This document shows positions 61,382 to 64,000 of a DNA stretch of 64,000 nt, piece after piece (the first letter of the stretch is position 1; every line of letters begins with the position of its first letter). Origin of the DNA: Candidatus Methanomethylicia archaeon (GTDB lineage: Archaea > Thermoproteota > Methanomethylicia > Culexarchaeales > Culexarchaeaceae); assembly GCA_038727515.1 (NCBI GenBank), contig JAVYVS010000005.1, positions 32,001-96,000 of the forward strand, in the 5' to 3' direction. A program made the translations under genes and the position numbers. Below the pieces are notes generated by a model that was not told where the DNA came from, ran no database searches, and was given only the letters and a program-made list of their open reading frames with translations.

Positions 61382-63521
61382 ATTTTGCCCCCTCTAATTG
61401 TTCTTTTATCTTCTTTATAGTTTCTTCTCCCATCAACGGTATCTTCCTTAAGTCTTCAATTTTCGCCTTTTTCAAATCTTCAATAGATTTATAACCAGCT
61501 CTATATAGTAGTCTTGCCCTTACTCTCCCTATACCTCTTAACTGTACTAATTCAAGTAATTCTGGTTTGCATCCATATTCTAGTCTAGATGTTAATTCTT
61601 CAAGTTTTTGTATATGATTTGTTAATCCTAGAACTTTACATATTTCTGCAGCTGAATATGTTAACCATTGTGTTGTTAAGGCTATAGTGTATATATCTCC
61701 AGGTCCAACATCATATTTATCTATTATATCATCTTCCTTTTCTTCATTTATCCAATCATTTAACATCATAGCAGTTTTTAATGCTTGTAGCATTATTGTT
61801 TGGTCAATTTCATCTTCACATTCTTCCATGTTAATGAGTAGTTCTCCCCCCATTTCCATAATTTTTGAAATTAGTAATGATCTTTCTCTCCTCGTTATAT
61901 GTAATTTTGGCATATCTGGTGTTGTAGATACTAGGTGTAGATATGCGATTTCACTAGCCTTTCTCTTTTTCTGTAATCCTCTTATAATGTATACTGCTGA
62001 TAATGGGTCTATGTATAATTGTGATACTCTAAATCCCAGTTTTGTTGCATTCATGTATTCTCCCAAGATCTTTACCATTTCATTTTCTATTAAGAACCCT
62101 AATACTCTTCTCAGAACTTTCATTAACTGTCTTTCTTCACCATATTGTTTATAATAAAATGTTTTTCTCATGAATTCCATGATCTCTTCCTCCGTTTTGA
62201 CAAAATCTGTGGATATTATTGCAAGTATATGTGATCTTAATGCTGATTCTGAAGCTAATTTAGACCATATTCTCTCCGGTGGTGCTTTAACATAATTTTC
62301 CATTAAAAATTCTTGTTCTTGTATTGTTCTTGCTATTAATATTGCATCCCCATTTTCATCATATTTTGGTCTTCCAGCTCTCCCAGCCATTTGATGATAT
62401 TCAAGTATTGGTATTGTTTGGTATCCTGTTATACTATCATATCTATAGTAATTCTTTATTATCACTCTTCTTGCTGGTAAGTTTACTCCTGCAGCTAGTG
62501 TTGGTGTGGCACATATAACCTTTATTTTGAATTCTCTAAAACCCTTTTCAATGGTGCTTCTTTGATTCGCAGATAATCCTGCATGATGAAAAGCTACTCC
62601 ATTTCTAATACATGTAGCTAATTCTTCACTTACTCTTGTAGTTTCTTCTGATGATAGTATTTCATTCGCGATACTCATCAACTCCCTTTTTTCATTAGCC
62701 TTTATATATTTTGATATTAATGGTATCAGTTTGAATGCTGTTTCCCTAGAATTGTTTCTAGTATTTGTAAATATTAGAACTTGCCCTCCCTCTTCTAATA
62801 TTTGCTTTGTTAATGCTTCGCATGGATCCATCTTTTCCCTTGTAACTTCAATTACACTCTTATCTTCATATACTATCTTTCCATCTATGTACACACCTTT
62901 CCTTAATGGTACTGGTCTCCACTCACTCTTAATTAATTTTGCATTTAACCATTCTGATATTTCATCTGAGTTCATTATTGTAGCGCTTAAACCTATTATT
63001 TGCGTGTTTGGATTTATCAATTGTAATTTTGATAATACCACTTCGAGTGTGGGACCTCTTTCTTGATCATTTATTAAATGTATTTCATCTGCTACAACAA
63101 TGTTTATATCATTTATCCATGAAGGTTTATTTCTTAAGATGCTATCAGCTTTTTCATTGGTCATAACAATTATATCGTATTGTTTTAACCATGGTTCTGG
63201 ATTATCATAATCTCCCGTGCTTATTGCAACTTTCAACCCCGCTTCTTCATATTTCTTAAATTCTTCATATTTTTCCGATGCCAATGCTTTTAATGGTGTA
63301 AGATAAAGTGCTTTTCCTCCATTTTCAATTAATCTTTTAGTTATTGCAAGTTCTGCAATTAATGTTTTTCCAGCGGCAGTAGGTATTGCTAATACTATGC
63401 TTTTACCATTTAAAACTCCACTTTTTATTGCTTGTATTTGTGGTGGGTATAGTTCGATGATTCCATGTTTTTCTAATATATTTTTTATGGTGTTTGGTAT
63501 TGGTAATTCTCTTATCTTAAT
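61371..63521 (-). CDS. hel308: Ski2-like helicase Hel308/Hjm (716 aa if started at ATT 63521)
   Basis: LYPPQ and PTAAGKT (upstream of the ORF-track start), DEIH, SAT, FHHAGL, TPTLAAGVNLPA, QMAGRAGRP, C-terminal HhH. Confidence 0.95.
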   Translation of the reverse strand: MKIRELPIPNTIKNILEKHGIIELYPPQIQAIKSGVLNGKSIVLAIPTAAGKTLIAELAITKRLIENGGKALYLTPLKALASEKYEEFKKYEEAGLKVAISTGDYDNPEPWLKQYDIIVMTNEKADSILRNKPSWINDINIVVADEIHLINDQERGPTLEVVLSKLQLINPNTQIIGLSATIMNSDEISEWLNAKLIKSEWRPVPLRKGVYIDGKIVYEDKSVIEVTREKMDPCEALTKQILEEGGQVLIFTNTRNNSRETAFKLIPLISKYIKANEKRELMSIANEILSSEETTRVSEELATCIRNGVAFHHAGLSANQRSTIEKGFREFKIKVICATPTLAAGVNLPARRVIIKNYYRYDSITGYQTIPILEYHQMAGRAGRPKYDENGDAILIARTIQEQEFLMENYVKAPPERIWSKLASESALRSHILAIISTDFVKTEEEIMEFMRKTFYYKQYGEERQLMKVLRRVLGFLIENEMVKILGEYMNATKLGFRVSQLYIDPLSAVYIIRGLQKKRKASEIAYLHLVSTTPDMPKLHITRRERSLLISKIMEMGGELLINMEECEDEIDQTIMLQALKTAMMLNDWINEEKEDDIIDKYDVGPGDIYTIALTTQWLTYSAAEICKVLGLTNHIQKLEELTSRLEYGCKPELLELVQLRGIGRVRARLLYRAGYKSIEDLKKAKIEDLRKIPLMGEETIKKIKEQLEGAKFTI

Positions 63522-63534
63522 AGTTTTTCCTCCA

Positions 63535-64000
63535 TTATGTTGGCATTATATATCCTGGTTTTGCCTCGAAGAGAATACCCTCTTTTAATAATCTATCTAT
63601 TATTTCGATAACTGTATTTTTCGATATATCATATTCTTTTTCTATTTCTTCTGCTGCAAAATCTTTTTTGATAGGTCCTCCAATTTCCTTTACCTTATTC
63701 TTAATATAATCCATTATTACATTCATTTTATCCCTTTGAGATTTAGATTTACCTGTTAATAGAACATCTATATCTATTCTCTCGGTTTCTGTATCGTATG
63801 CTGTTTTTTCAAGTACATAGTTCATCAATTTTATTGCTGCATCTGCATCTGCTTCTGTAGCTACTTCTCTTAATGCCATTTTTGCTCTTGCTTCAGTCAT
63901 TCTCACTAATGCTTCTAATTGTCTTGGGGTTATGGGGATGCTTCCACCTTCCTTTCCAGTTTTACGCATTTCCACATAATATCTCTTTATCTTTTCTAAA
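63535..64000 (-). CDS. mcm: Replicative helicase MCM, C-terminal part (5' truncated by window)
   Basis: ITPRQLEALVR.TEA.A sensor-2, D.ET..IDID, C-terminal wH ending PGY. Confidence 0.93.
   Translation of the reverse strand, partial: LEKIKRYYVEMRKTGKEGGSIPITPRQLEALVRMTEARAKMALREVATEADADAAIKLMNYVLEKTAYDTETERIDIDVLLTGKSKSQRDKMNVIMDYIKNKVKEIGGPIKKDFAAEEIEKEYDISKNTVIEIIDRLLKEGILFEAKPGYIMPT

Noticed and set aside
1-64000. CRISPR arrays, IS elements, rRNA genes and the many short antisense ORFs in the track
   Set aside because: No repeat-spacer periodicity, transposase or rRNA sequence noticed; short opposite-strand ORFs lie within well-supported genes

Overview
AT-rich, gene-dense archaeal chromosome segment made up mostly of core genes. 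The short XPF, full-length GAN/RecJ and a non-canonical tRNA intron suggest a TACK/Thermoproteota-type lineage (inference). In order, it carries the aIF5B-rps6e-aIF2gamma-rpoE-KEOPS-rps15-GAN-rps3ae cluster, the RNase P/proteasome/exosome superoperon, an ECF module, a 2-oxoacid:ferredoxin oxidoreductase, EF-2, pelota, a tRNA-maturation cluster flanked by tRNA-Gly(GCC) and tRNA-Pro(GGG), a ~13 kb type IV pilus/adhesin locus, and mcm-hel308. Four signals are missed by the ORF track. (1) Several minus-strand genes appear to start at ATT/ATA codons behind good Shine-Dalgarno sites; in hel308 the Walker A motif lies upstream of any in-frame ATG/GTG/TTG. (2) There are two box C/D guide sRNA candidates, one with guides that fit tRNA anticodon arms. 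(3) tRNA-Gly has an 18-nt intron at position 45/46 with a perfect bulge-helix-bulge. (4) A divergent coiled-coil / wHTH-Tubby-like / pilin operon faces the pilus genes. No CRISPR array, rRNA or mobile element was seen. All family calls come from motif recognition without database searches.
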